A DNA stretch of 64,000 nucleotides from NCBI GenBank assembly GCA_002269645.1, contig NIVC01003693.1, forward strand, positions 18,524-82,523, given 5' to 3'. This DNA comes from Macrostomum lignano (lineage: Eukaryota). A model generated the notes under the pieces. That model searched no databases. It saw nothing but the letters and a program-made list of their open reading frames with translations, and was not told the origin of the DNA. The translations under genes were made by a program, and so were the position numbers. How positions within the stretch are numbered: the stretch's first letter is position 1; each line of letters begins with the position of its first letter. Of the stretch, positions 45,690 through 57,278 are shown piece by piece.

Positions 45690-46750
45690 ATGAGCAATTA
45701 CGTAGATAATATCTTAGAAGAATTGCTGGGCGGAGCCCTGTCGGATAGCGACTTATCAGGAGACGAAGCTCCAAGACAGCCAGCCCCAGCTCCAAGACCG
45801 CCGACTCCGCCGCCAGCTCCAAGACCGCCGACTCCGCCGCCAGCTCCAAGACCGCCGACTCCGCCAGCCCCGAGCGCGTCAAGTCCGCGAGAAAGACCGT
45901 CAGCATCAGCGGAGATTGAGGCACCATTGCGTTGTTCTACACGACCGAAACTGCCAGGAGACTCCAGCAAGCGGCCGAGGCCACCGTCGCCAACGTCGAG
46001 CCAGCGACTGCAGGTGAATGGCCCGACACCGCCGAAGCGGGCTACCATCCTACTCTGCCCCTGTGCGAGTCTACGCGGCACCCTCGAGTCAAGGATCGGC
46101 AGCCGGCAGCGCTGCACCCGAGCGTCGGACGGTTCAGCTTCAGCCTCCAGCAAATGCTCCACCGTCAGGGCGACGCCAGCAGGCTGCCGCCGCTGCTGCG
46201 CCTCGCCAGTCGCCAGCAGGCTGCCGCCGCTGCTGCGCCTCGCCAGCAGGCTGCCGCCGCTGCTGCGCCTCGCCAGCAGGCTGCCGCCGCTGCTGCGCCT
46301 CGCCAGCAGGCTGCCGACGCTGCTGCGCTTTGCCAGCAGGCTGCCGCTGCTGCCCCTCGTCAGCAGGCCGCCGTTGCACCACGACCGCCACGACCAGAGC
46401 TCGCCGGAAGCTACCAGGAGGTGGCTCAGTGACTCCTCGAGACAGGCGAACCGGTCGAGAGGGTTCGCTTCGGCCTGATGCAATACTTGCAGCGCATCGG
46501 CCACCTGCGTCTGGATCAAGCTCTGCCGCAACGTTCGCAGGCTTGGGCCGCCATCAGAGCACTGCGCGAACTTTGCTCATCGACTGAGGCAGTGGCGCTT
46601 CTCCAGCACATCGCCGAAGAGCTCCAGCGCGTTATGAGGGCTGACTCGCAGGTAACTCAGCGACGCCTACTAAACATTGAGTTTCGTTGGATTTTTGGCC
46701 TCCTAGGATGGCCCTATTTTCGCGATCTCCCGAACCCTTGCAAGTTCTAA
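45690..46750 (+). other. Degenerate GC-rich ORF-like region with 24-bp and 30-bp internal repeats; function unknown
   Basis: Overlapping ORFs on both strands. The frame of 45932-46432 continues through a single TGA into 46478-46750. No recognisable domain. Confidence 0.3.
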
Positions 46751-47976
46751 GCAGGCCTTTTTCATTATGTTACTGACATGCTTTTAGTCATCTCTGTTGT
46801 ATTTTTCTATGTTGTTCTCTAATAGTTTACTAGTTTTCTTTCTGCTTTATTCACTTAGTGTCTATACATGATTTAGCGTTTTATTCTTTGCCTACTTCTT
46901 TTTGTGCTGTACATAGTGCTTTATTTTTCTTTTACATAGTTTTGTGCCTAGTATTCATGTATCGTGATAACTCCATAGTTCAATTCTTTATTCACTGTTT
47001 AGTTGTTTTATTGCACCTTCTCTTGCATCAGATCAAAAATTTTGCACTCGCTTACTAATAGTAGTAACCTTGTTTAAAATTTTTTATTTAGGGGAGGCAG
47101 GTTGTAAAGGCCCTTCCCGATTTGCTTTAAAATAGTTACCAAATAGTTAAACTCAAATTTATGCCAAAACTAAGATGCAATTTCTTTTTGTTTTAATACT
47201 TGTATTTTTCATATTATTTTCATGAATTAATTTTTGTTTTAATCTACAAGTAAAAATGGTATAAATAGAAGCGAATTTGGCAGAGGAAGAACCAACCTCG
47301 CGCATCGCGGTTCAATAATAAAACAGTTGATAGCTAATAATAAGAGTTCCGAGAAAATCTAATTGAAGAGGTGTTTTCTGTGTTGATTCTTTTTAAGAAG
47401 TAAGAGTGAAGTAGACTGAAGCGTATACAGTATATATTACTGATAAGCAGCAGCATTGAGTAGTAAGAAAATACGAAGTAGATCTGAAGTGATTTGTGTA
47501 AGAATAACCAGAGGCTGTGACCCTCTGATCTCAGTAATGCCCAAAGACTTGCAAAGTACATGAAATACATATACCAGTAAGCCAAAATACCGCTCAGGCC
47601 AAATTATTAAATAGAATGCTAATAGAATAACAGAACGCTACCAGAATAATGGAGGAATAAAATCTTTAAGGGCTAATAGTTTTCTAAGAATAATACTCAG
47701 ACTAAATATTCAGACTAATTAGTTAGACTAAATACTCAGACTAAATACTAAGATATATACTCAGATCAATTCTAAGAAACATTTCTCGGATTATTCTAAG
47801 ATCGATAAACTCATAATTTATTAATAGGATAATTCTGGTGGCAGCTACCAACTTAAAGATTAGTGTAGGAAGTTTAGCCCTTTGACAATTTCAGTAAAAG
47901 GAGACACCCCTGTGACAACTTGGTGGCAGCTAATAAGGCTAAACAAAAGAATAAATAGGAGCCCTGGGACAGCTTT

Positions 47977-47994
47977 TGGTGGCAGCGGTGGGAT
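47977..47994 (+). other. Primer-binding-site-like 18-mer complementary to the 3' end of tRNA-Leu(AAG/UAG)
   Basis: TGGTGGCAGCGGTGGGAT is the reverse complement of ATCCCACCGCTGCCA-CCA, the metazoan tRNA-Leu 3' end as I recall it. 10-nt copies occur at 47836 and 47921. Confidence 0.65.
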
Positions 47995-50900
47995 ATTATT
48001 AAGAAGGAAGCATCCCTGCGACACTAAGAACAAAGTTTAAAATGGCTTTGATAGTTAGTCTTTTAGATAAAGATCATTTAATAAGTATATTTTATCAAAT
48101 ATTATATTTAGGTTATAATTAAACTTAGCAATTTTAATAGAAAGCAAAGCCAAAAGTGCTTAGATTTTAAGTAGTGCCTAGTGCTTAGGCCTAGCTTTAA
48201 AAATTAAAGGAGTGCTTGAATTGGTTATAGGGCTATCCCAGAAAAAAAAGGAGTTAGGAGTATTTATATTACTTTTATATTTACCTACTTGTTAGTTTAC
48301 TAGTTTACTATTAAACTAGGCTATTAACTTGTAAAATATTTGTCATCTTCAAAGACAAATATTAGCTATTTATAGCATTTGCTTTTGGTATAAATAATTA
48401 TCATCTTTATAAAAGACCAGGTCTATAATAGGCCTAGGTCTATGGAATCAATAGGTAGGCCCTAGTAAAATACTTAAAACAAGGACTAAGTCTAAAACAC
48501 ATAGTAAGAAAGACAAGCATATCATTATAATGGTTGATAATATATATTATTACATAGCCAAAAAGATTGTATTTGTTAGAAAGCTAGATATCAATGAAAA
48601 GTCAAACTCAAATAAATAAGTTAGACTAAAAGAAATATTCTTAGCATTTTATTTTTAGATTTATAATTAATTGCTTTAATTAAATAGAGTTAATTTTTTA
48701 TAAATTATTATATTGATCATAAATTAAGACCTCATCAATTATAATATGAGCTACCAATATTGAAGTCAAAGATATCATTATCATTTTTTCTAAATTGGAC
48801 ATTGATCAATGATTATATTCAATTAATTTCTTGAGCCTCTAGGCTTAATATAGGGCCTAATATACTGTTTTCAAGTTTATTTATTTTTTTAGATATTTAA
48901 TTTAATCTATTTAATCTATTAGATAATAATTTCAATTCTAAAATGTACAAAAGTTGTATATGTTATTCTATATGCCTATGGAAAAATAAATCTAGGCCTA
49001 TTAATGACTGAAATGAATGGGAATGCAATGCAAAGATGAAAGAATTCTATCCAATAAAATCAGCCTCCAGCTGGCACTGGAGGGGGGGAAGGAAAACTGG
49101 CATCATGTCCACCTTAGCGAAGCGAGCTTAGGAGTTCCTGATTGTGTAGTCTGGTCTGTACACCCATTCCAGCCTGTACGCTGTACTTTACTACTATCAT
49201 TAGAAAAATGTGGACCAAATCCTAATTTAAAAATGCGAGATCTAACTGTAGGCCTAATTATAGCCTATATTATTACAGCCTAATAATTACATAAATTGGG
49301 TAAAAAAAAATCGAGCTCAGTCAAGACTAGAGTCTATGATTATTTACTAAGGCCTTATAGCTTATGCTTTCCAAAAAGATATCTGCGGTAACGAAAAGGT
49401 CTAATTTCAAATTCAAGTTATGTTGTCCATATTAAAAGTCAAAGGCCCTGTTTGGTGTTTATTACATAAAAACGACTAGAAGGCTTAGTTAGTAGTAGCA
49501 AAGCACTGACCAAATTCGGGTAACATAAGCAAACTTAGCCCACCCCTAGCCCAGTCCCTAGCTAACTAAAAATCATCATTATCTGTCAATCCAATTGCAT
49601 CATCCAGGATAGAAAAGTAAAATATCAATATGTTTAAAAATTCGATCGACCCGATTCGTAAATTGTAAAATCCGTAAAAATTCGTTATTTCCAATTCTGC
49701 AAAGATGGAATTTTATTTCCCAAAGCCTGAATCTCAGAATTTATGAATAGAATCAAGATATCCATATACTAAAAATGGTCTTCCCATCTGATTTTTTGGT
49801 TGAAAAATTCAGCCAAAGAATTCTGCCCAAAAGCTGTGGCCATATGCTTATCTAACCTAACCTGAAGCAGAAGTAATTTATGTAGCTATAGAAGAAGAAG
49901 AATATGTAGCTGTATCTTTACAAAAATTCTGTGGTTGCTCAGGGCTCAGAAGGAAGTAGTATTGAAAGTAATTTGTCAAAAAATTCGCTTGGACAATTTA
50001 CAATGGTAGTGTTTCTGTTTCATAATCTTTTATGCCATCGAATGCAAAAAATTCCCACATTTCGATCATATATATGTTGCCAAAAACCACTTATTTGTAG
50101 CTTTCTGAATGACAGACTCTATAAACGAGCGAGAATTCCGTGTACAACTCAGGCAACACTTCTGTGCACACTTCCGTGCAGTTTACACATTTCTGCTGCT
50201 GCTCGCTCATAACTATCGCAAATTCCACGATGCGGAATTTCAAGCATATGATGAATTTTCGCTCTATAAGAGTCAGTTTAGTGCAAAAGTAACGAGCAAT
50301 GAGACATCGCGTAATTTTTCGAGTGTACTCTACGTGTTTATATGTAATGCAGACAATATTATAAAATTTGGACGACGTAAAATTTAGTGCGTATACATGT
50401 AAATTTCGATTCTGAACTATAAAAAAGTGAAAAGCAGTGCATGCACTGTACATGTACGTTTACACCTTTGACGATATGAAGTTTTTGAGCTTATGATCCG
50501 ATCGATGCGAGCTTGTGAAAACGACAGACAATTTTAGTTTTTAGGTCTTCGACGATATGAAGAACGGTGCAATCAACAATTGCGTTGCTGATTTACATGT
50601 ACAGCTTTGATCCGCAGCTAGGGCAAGTTTATAATAAATGATGCGGCTGAATTTGCAAAAACGCTGGGTCTCGATCGTATTTACTGTGTAAATATAAATT
50701 TAGATATCGCGTGCATTCGGCCCATTCTCTCCAGGGCTCGGACATTATAATTGCAGCGCTCGAAAAACGAATTATTTTGAGTCGTTAGTTGAAATCGATG
50801 AAGTTTGATCAAGCGAAATTGAACTCCAGCTTAATTGGAAGATGTAAGCTTGTAAATGTAAATTTACGAGGCCATTAAGCAAGCGGACAATCAGTATAGG

Positions 50901-51234
50901 ATTTCTACTTTCTGACTTGGCAACAACTGGAGGGATATCCATTCCGCGGCCATGAGGAAACGCGCGGTTGCCATGTAGTACTGTACATGTACTGTTTAGT
51001 AGTGCCCCTCCGCAAACTTCATGTCATGCAAACTTCAAACTTCCGCAAAAAAACTACATAGTAGAGTCGTCGCGTGGATCCGTTTCTTTATATAAGGTGA
51101 TGTATCCAGTATCGCAATTTTCATTCACCAAACGAGAATAAAGAGGTCAATTTTTTGCGTATAACTATTAAAATACTTGTTTGTTACAACCTACAGCTGT
51201 ACTTAACTTGCTGTACCTCTTATATTTTCTCAAT

Positions 51235-51560
51235 AGTAGTAATAAAATGATGATTGATAAGCTACACTACCCCAATTGGGCCAGATATGCAACCGACAGC
51301 TCAGCCGCAGCTATTGCGCGGCGCATCTGAAGGCTGCGTACGGCTGTTCAGTCCAAGGACTGTGGGTCACCACAAACACCCTCAATTACCCCAGCTAATG
51401 CTGGTGTCCATTTTACAGCTGGGTGAACTGAAGCAATGCAGGGGTTAATTGTCTAATTGCTCAAGGACACAAATTGTTTCAGTGAGATCGGGAATCGAAC
51501 CTCCAACCTTCCTTCAAGTCGCGAGTCCGACGCAATAACCCCTGGGCTGCTACAAGATCA
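51235..51560 (-). mobile_element. Full-length tRNA-derived SINE with a central conserved-domain-like segment
   Basis: Head ..GCGTCGGACTCGCGACTTGAAGG..GGTTCGATTCCCG; body TGTGTCCTTGAGCAA..CAGTTCACCCAGCTGTAAAATGG; tail shared with 37500-37560. Confidence 0.85.
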
Positions 51561-52112
51561 TACAGTAAAGTAGAGTTTATATGAAAATTGTATCGGTAAA
51601 TGTCTCGTACATAGCGAGCTTCGTACACGAAAAATGTAATACATGTACGCCCGTACATGTATCTGATTCTTAGAAATCTGCCTCCAACAGGAGCGTCAGC
51701 GACAGTAATTAAAAATATTTACTGGTGACATTGTTAAGAAAAAATTCAACTAGTGTTTTGAAAGCAGAAGCAAGGTAATTGGCGAAATAAAGTTTATAAA
51801 AAAATTATGCATACAATGCATCCTACAGGCAACTTAACGGTATTACAACAAAACCCGATAGGCCGGGACAAATTCATAAAGTTCTCGAATATGATTAATA
51901 AGCTCTCAACATTTAGCAGCAATTCGCGAGAAACGATAAACCGTAATGCGTGGCCCGATATTTTTTCACGAGAAGGAAGCGGAACGCATGCAATAAGCTG
52001 GTATCCAGGTACAACAGTGCTGCGAACTCAGATCACGATTAGCACAGCAACTTGAAATTTAAGCAAATGGCGCAGCAGCTACAAGGCGCAGGTCTTCAGC
52101 CCGTAGCCGCTG

Positions 52113-55016
52113 CTACTCTGGTGCACGTGCACCGGGCCCGCAAATTCTCGCCGCCCTGTCGCCGCTTCGTCGTCGTCCCGCTCTTTTCCGTTGCTCCGAC
52201 GCTGGCAGGCGGCGGTGACGGTGGCAGCGGCAACTGCCGACCTTCGTACTGGCGACGGCGGGTTCGAGTCCGCCGCCTTCGGACGAAGTGTCCAGCAGAC
52301 GAGCGCGGGCCGCCGCGGTCACCACCGAGTCGTCCAGGCGGGCCTTTGCCGCCTCCCGTCTGTTGGTGAAGTAGAACTCGACCAAAGCGATGGCCAGCGC
52401 GATGCCCAAGCCCGCCACCAGGATGTAAAACACGCCGGCCACGTTCACCACCGTCAGGGCGGACAGGCCGCCGCCTCCGGAGTCGTCGCTGATGCACTGG
52501 CCTTTCTCGATCCACCACTTCTTGTAGAGCTGGGCGAGCACCTGGGCCTCTCGCAGCTGCAGCACGGCATCGTTAAGTTTCTCGTGGAAAGGCGATTTTT
52601 TTGGCGTCGCGATGGCGTAGCCCTTGTCGCCGAACGGCTGTCCAACCATCATGGTGTCGCAGGGATCGCGGTTGTTATGAAACTCGTTGGTCTTTGACTC
52701 CAGCAGGAAGGCATAGCGGCCTTTGGACTCGCGCACCTTGCGGATGCCGTCCTCGCTAGTGTTCACGTAGACGCCGAGGCCCTTCTTCTCATTCTTCTGC
52801 ATGTTGATTCCGATGAGGTCAAACGGAGGCAGCTTTGTAGTGAGAAAGAATGCCTTAGTTGATCCGGAGTTCAGCGTGCCGTACAGGATCTCCTTGGACT
52901 CGGCAAGGTCCTCCCAGCTGTCAATGGGGGTTCTGAGCAGCTCAACGGTGAGGAAGGCAGCTAGGGTGGCTGTGTAGTACGCAATCATGATGAGCGTGAA
53001 GAACCACCAGGCGCTGGCCACCACGCGAGTCCCCGAACTACGCGGCGACAGGTCGATGCCTTGATTGACAACCGCGGCGAAGGAGAACCAGAAAGAGTTG
53101 CTCACGGTGAAGTCGCGCGTCACTTTGTGCACCGGTGGCAACTCGTTTTCGAATTCGACCTGCCACTCGAGCGGGCTGATGCGGGAGCAGAGGTACAGGC
53201 CGAGGCTCACGCCCAGGCAGCCTGTCAAGATGTAGCTCCACACCTCCGGTGACAAGGGCCGCAGGAAGCTGAACGTACCCGGCTTCTCCTTCTTTGGCTT
53301 CTTAATCATGATGGAGATACCGAAAGTAAGAAACGGCTCGGTGAAGTCCACGAACTCAGCTCGCTCTGTTGTGATGGTGAGAGGCGCCAGAGCGATGTCC
53401 GCCTCGTTCCTCAGCAGCTCGCCAATCATTCCATTCCACTCGCCCTTCTTGTCAATCCTGCCGTACTGGTTGTCGCGAACAAAGTGAATCCTGTACTGGA
53501 TGCCAAGTCTCTCGGCCATCTTCTTAAACATTTCGATGCAGAAGCCTTCAAACCGGTCGTTGCCCACCGGCTCGGGCTCGTTGGGCTTGGTTTCCCTGGG
53601 CTGGATGAACGGCTCGGATTTGATCGTGACGACGCGAATAACTTTAGTGAAGTTCGCAGCCGCGGTAGAAGCATTTCCAGAGCTGATGAGCTGCCGCTGA
53701 AGTCCCAAGTTGGTGTGCCAGCCGCCCGCCGGCTGGAACGACTTTGTCCCCTCCAGCTCCATCAGCTGAATGGAGAAGTTGGAACGGAAGCCGTTCTCGT
53801 CGAAGGTCACCTGGCCGCTGTAGCCGGGGAAGCTGATCGCCGACATTTCGCGCATTAGCAGCTCCCCGATTTTGGACGTGCGGATTGGCACGGAGGGACC
53901 GAGGTACTGGTAGGCGTACACCCGCGGGTTCAGCAGCTTGGACCGCGACTGGTACACTTTCTGGAGACAGTCTACTCTACTCGAGGCGGGCTGCTTCAGT
54001 GCGGCTTCGATTTGTCTGCGAGTATCGGGCCGCGACAGCAGACTGTCGATGGCCCTGGCGAAGGTCTCGACGCCATCCATGAGAAGTGCGACCTCGTATA
54101 GTGGCAGGCTGTTCCCGCCCCTGCTGCAGTCCCAGCGCTTCTGCTGACACAGCTGTAGCCATTTCTGCTTTAAGGATTTCACATTGACCTGGCTCTCATT
54201 CACCAGCTGGAAGCCAGTGACATTGACTCCGCTATAGTGCATGCCTTCGGTCTCGACGTCCAGAGCCGAGATGCCGCTAATCAAGTAGTGATACTCCCTG
54301 CGGTTCATGCCCATCTCGTGGATCTGGTACAGGAAATTCGACACAGCCTCAGGCGGGTCAAGATCGATGACGACGTGCTTGCGATCTTCGGCCTTGAGCA
54401 GGCTGTCCAGCCTGGCCAGGTCCGGGTAGACGAAGCGCGTATCCGACAGGTAAATGATTTGTACATTCACGTCTCTGTAGACGTGGCGCCGCTGGTACTC
54501 GCGAAGGATCTCCTGGAAGCGGTGCAAACCTTCGTGTCTGTTGACCAGGTAAGCAAAATTGGACCACTTGTAGAGATCCAGAGTGTCGATGATTGCCATG
54601 ACGTGGCGCGGCCGCAGGTTGAGCATATAGTCCTGGCCCTTGGGATTCTCGGCCTTCACAATGCCCGACGTGACGAAGGGCACGTGGAACACCGAGACCA
54701 GGTTTTGGATGCCGTCCACCGTCAGGGCGTTGGTGGAGCCGAACACGGCGAAGGCCCCCGATGGGAACAGATACTGGCACAGCCTGCGCTGCATGTTGTA
54801 CGAGCTGTTGCTATTGGTGACGGTGTAGTTGACGAGCAGTTCGAAGCGATCGGATTTGAAGCTTTCCACGGCCAGGAACAGCGCGTTCTTCAGCTGCTCC
54901 TGGCTGGCATCGAATATGGCGCCGACTGGGATCCGCAGCGGCGCGGCGGCCGAGGATCCGCAGCTGATGAGCAGCAACTGGATGAGGAGGCTGCTGAGCT
55001 GGATGAGGCCGATCAT
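52113..55016 (-). CDS. Ionotropic glutamate receptor, AMPA-like, intronless
   Basis: Signal peptide, ATD, S1 (GEWNGMIGEL, APLTITTER, VDFTEPF), M1-M2 (FWFSFAAVVNQG), M3, S2 (GSTKAFF, FLLES, PCDTMMVG, GYAIA, KKWWIEKGQC), M4 (NVAGVFYIL). The C-tail frame is uncertain. Confidence 0.95.
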   Translation of the reverse strand: MIGLIQLSSLLIQLLLISCGSSAAAPLRIPVGAIFDASQEQLKNALFLAVESFKSDRFELLVNYTVTNSNSSYNMQRRLCQYLFPSGAFAVFGSTNALTVDGIQNLVSVFHVPFVTSGIVKAENPKGQDYMLNLRPRHVMAIIDTLDLYKWSNFAYLVNRHEGLHRFQEILREYQRRHVYRDVNVQIIYLSDTRFVYPDLARLDSLLKAEDRKHVVIDLDPPEAVSNFLYQIHEMGMNRREYHYLISGISALDVETEGMHYSGVNVTGFQLVNESQVNVKSLKQKWLQLCQQKRWDCSRGGNSLPLYEVALLMDGVETFARAIDSLLSRPDTRRQIEAALKQPASSRVDCLQKVYQSRSKLLNPRVYAYQYLGPSVPIRTSKIGELLMREMSAISFPGYSGQVTFDENGFRSNFSIQLMELEGTKSFQPAGGWHTNLGLQRQLISSGNASTAAANFTKVIRVVTIKSEPFIQPRETKPNEPEPVGNDRFEGFCIEMFKKMAERLGIQYRIHFVRDNQYGRIDKKGEWNGMIGELLRNEADIALAPLTITTERAEFVDFTEPFLTFGISIMIKKPKKEKPGTFSFLRPLSPEVWSYILTGCLGVSLGLYLCSRISPLEWQVEFENELPPVHKVTRDFTVSNSFWFSFAAVVNQGIDLSPRSSGTRVVASAWWFFTLIMIAYYTATLAAFLTVELLRTPIDSWEDLAESKEILYGTLNSGSTKAFFLTTKLPPFDLIGINMQKNEKKGLGVYVNTSEDGIRKVRESKGRYAFLLESKTNEFHNNRDPCDTMMVGQPFGDKGYAIATPKKSPFHEKLNDAVLQLREAQVLAQLYKKWWIEKGQCISDDSGGGGLSALTVVNVAGVFYILVAGLGIALAIALVEFYFTNRREAAKARLDDSVVTAAARARLLDTSSEGGGLEPAVASTKVGSCRCHRHRRLPASEQRKRAGRRRSGDRAARICGPGARAPE

Positions 55017-55309
55017 GGGGACTCCGCGGTGCTGCGATATCGTGGCCTCAAATTGGCAATGGGATCAGCATGCAGCTTCTCTGCTTGGGATGCAGGAGTG
55101 AATCAGCTGCCGATGCGGCACTTTGTGTGGTCGGACGGCTGAGTCGGTGGCGATTGGCCCGGAGGGGGATTAGAAAAAAGCTCCACTTTTCTGCTCATTG
55201 GATGCCGATGAATGAAATGAATGAGCATATGTATAGAGAGACAACCAATAAGTAACGGAGGCAAGGCTCTCGAGGAAGTTTTTGAATGCCTAGACTCAAG
55301 GGGAACTTC

Positions 55310-56640
55310 GTAGATGCCAAGACTCAATGGGAATTTCTCAGATGCCAAGACTCAATGGGAATTTCTCAGATGCCAAGGCTCAAGGGGAATTTCTTAGATG
55401 CCAAGGCTCAAGGGGAATTTCTTAGATGCCAAGGCTCAAGGGTAATTTCCTAGATGCCAAGGCTCAATGGGAATTTCTTAGATGCCAAGGCACAATGGGA
55501 ATTTCTTAGATGCCAAGACTCAATGGGAATTTCTCAGATGCCAAGGCTCAATGGGAATTTCTTAGATGCCAAGGCTCAATGGGAATTTCTCAGATGCCAA
55601 GACTCAATGGGAATTTCTTAGATGCCAAGACTCAATGGGAATTTCTCAGATGCCAAGACTCAATGGGAATTTCTCAGATGCCAAGACTCAATGGGAATTT
55701 CTCAGATGCCAAGACTCAAGGGGAATTTCTCAGATGCCAAGACTCAATGGGAATTTCTCAGATGCCAAGGCTCAAGGGGAATTTCTTAGATGCCAAGGCT
55801 CAATGGGAATTTCTTAGATGCCAAGACTCAAGGGGAATTTCTCAGATGCCAAGACTCAAGGGGAATTTCTTAGATGCCAAGGCTCAAGGGAAATTTCTTA
55901 GATGCCAAGGCTCAATGGGAATTTCTCAGATGCCAAGGCACAATGGGAATTTCTCAGATGCCAAGGCTCAAGGGGAATTTCTTAGATGCCAAGACTCAAT
56001 GGGAATTTCTCAGATGCCAAGGCACAATGGGAATTTCTCAGATGCCAAGGCTCAAGGGGAATTTCTTAGATGCCAAGGCTCAAGGGGAATTTCTTAGATG
56101 CCAAGGCTCAATGGGAATTTCTTAGATGCCAAGGCTCAATGGGAATTTCTTAGATTCCAAAGCTCAATGGGAATTTCTTAGATGCCAAGGCAGAAGTGGA
56201 ATTTCTTAGATGCCAAGGCTCAAGGGTAATTTCCTAGATGCCAAGGCTCAAGGGAAATTTCTTAGATGCCAAGGCACAATGGGAATTTCTTAGATGCCAA
56301 GGCTCAATGGGAATTTCTTAGATTCCAAAGCTCAATGGGAATTTCTTAGATGCCAAGGCAGAAGTGGAATTTCTTAGATGCCAAGGCTCAAGGGTAATTT
56401 CTTAGATGCCAAGCGCAAGGCTCAATGGGAACTTCTCAGATGCCAAGGCTCAATGGGAATTTCTTAGATTCCAAGGCTCAAGGGGAATTTCTTAGATGCC
56501 AAGACTCAATGGGAACTTCTCAGATGCCAAGGCTCAATGGAAATTTCTTAGATGCCAGGCGCAAGGCTCAAGGGAACTTCTAATATCCCAAGACTCAAGG
56601 GGAATTTCTCAGATGCTAAGGCTTAAGAGGAATTTCTCAA
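55310..56640. repeat. 28-bp minisatellite (GATGCCAAGGCTCAATGGGAATTTCTYA)n, about 47 copies
   Basis: Direct reading; period 28. Confidence 0.97.
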
Positions 56641-57278
56641 ATGCCAGACTCATGGAAAATTTTTGAGACGCCATGGTGCGGGGAAATTCCATCAGGTAAA
56701 TCAGCTACTCAGTTTTATTTCATTTTACAGCTTCTTTATCACCTAATTCGCTGCGTCCTGAGTCTACTTTAAGTGTAAAATTAAATCATCGATTGAATTT
56801 TTATCTTCTCTTATCTCTCCGATTCTGCAATAGTTATCAAAATCAAGCATATTTGTTATACGCAACCCTTGCCCATTTCTCACTCTCAATTAGCGTGCTC
56901 AAAAAGGTAAGCCCTTCCTGCACTCCCAGTCAAGCGACAAAGCCTGATATCGGAACTGAGTGCCAAGGCCCACCATGGATGACGCGGAGCTGTTCAACTT
57001 TATCGAATGGCGGACCCACCCTGATGATCTGGACTATTTTCCGCTGGACAATCCACTTAGACGCCGTGGGTTCAAGTCCCTGTGCCAAAGAAGACTCACG
57101 TGCAGATGATGCGGCACGGTGAATTCTTATAGAGTCCGTTCTAACGGAGCATACGGAGGACTGCGTCACAATGGACTCTTGAAAATTCAACGAATGCACC
57201 TTTAACTTTTAATGCCTGCCCATTGCTGACAACTGACCGCATGTCAACTTCCCCTGTTGATTTTCGTTTCGTTTGTTG

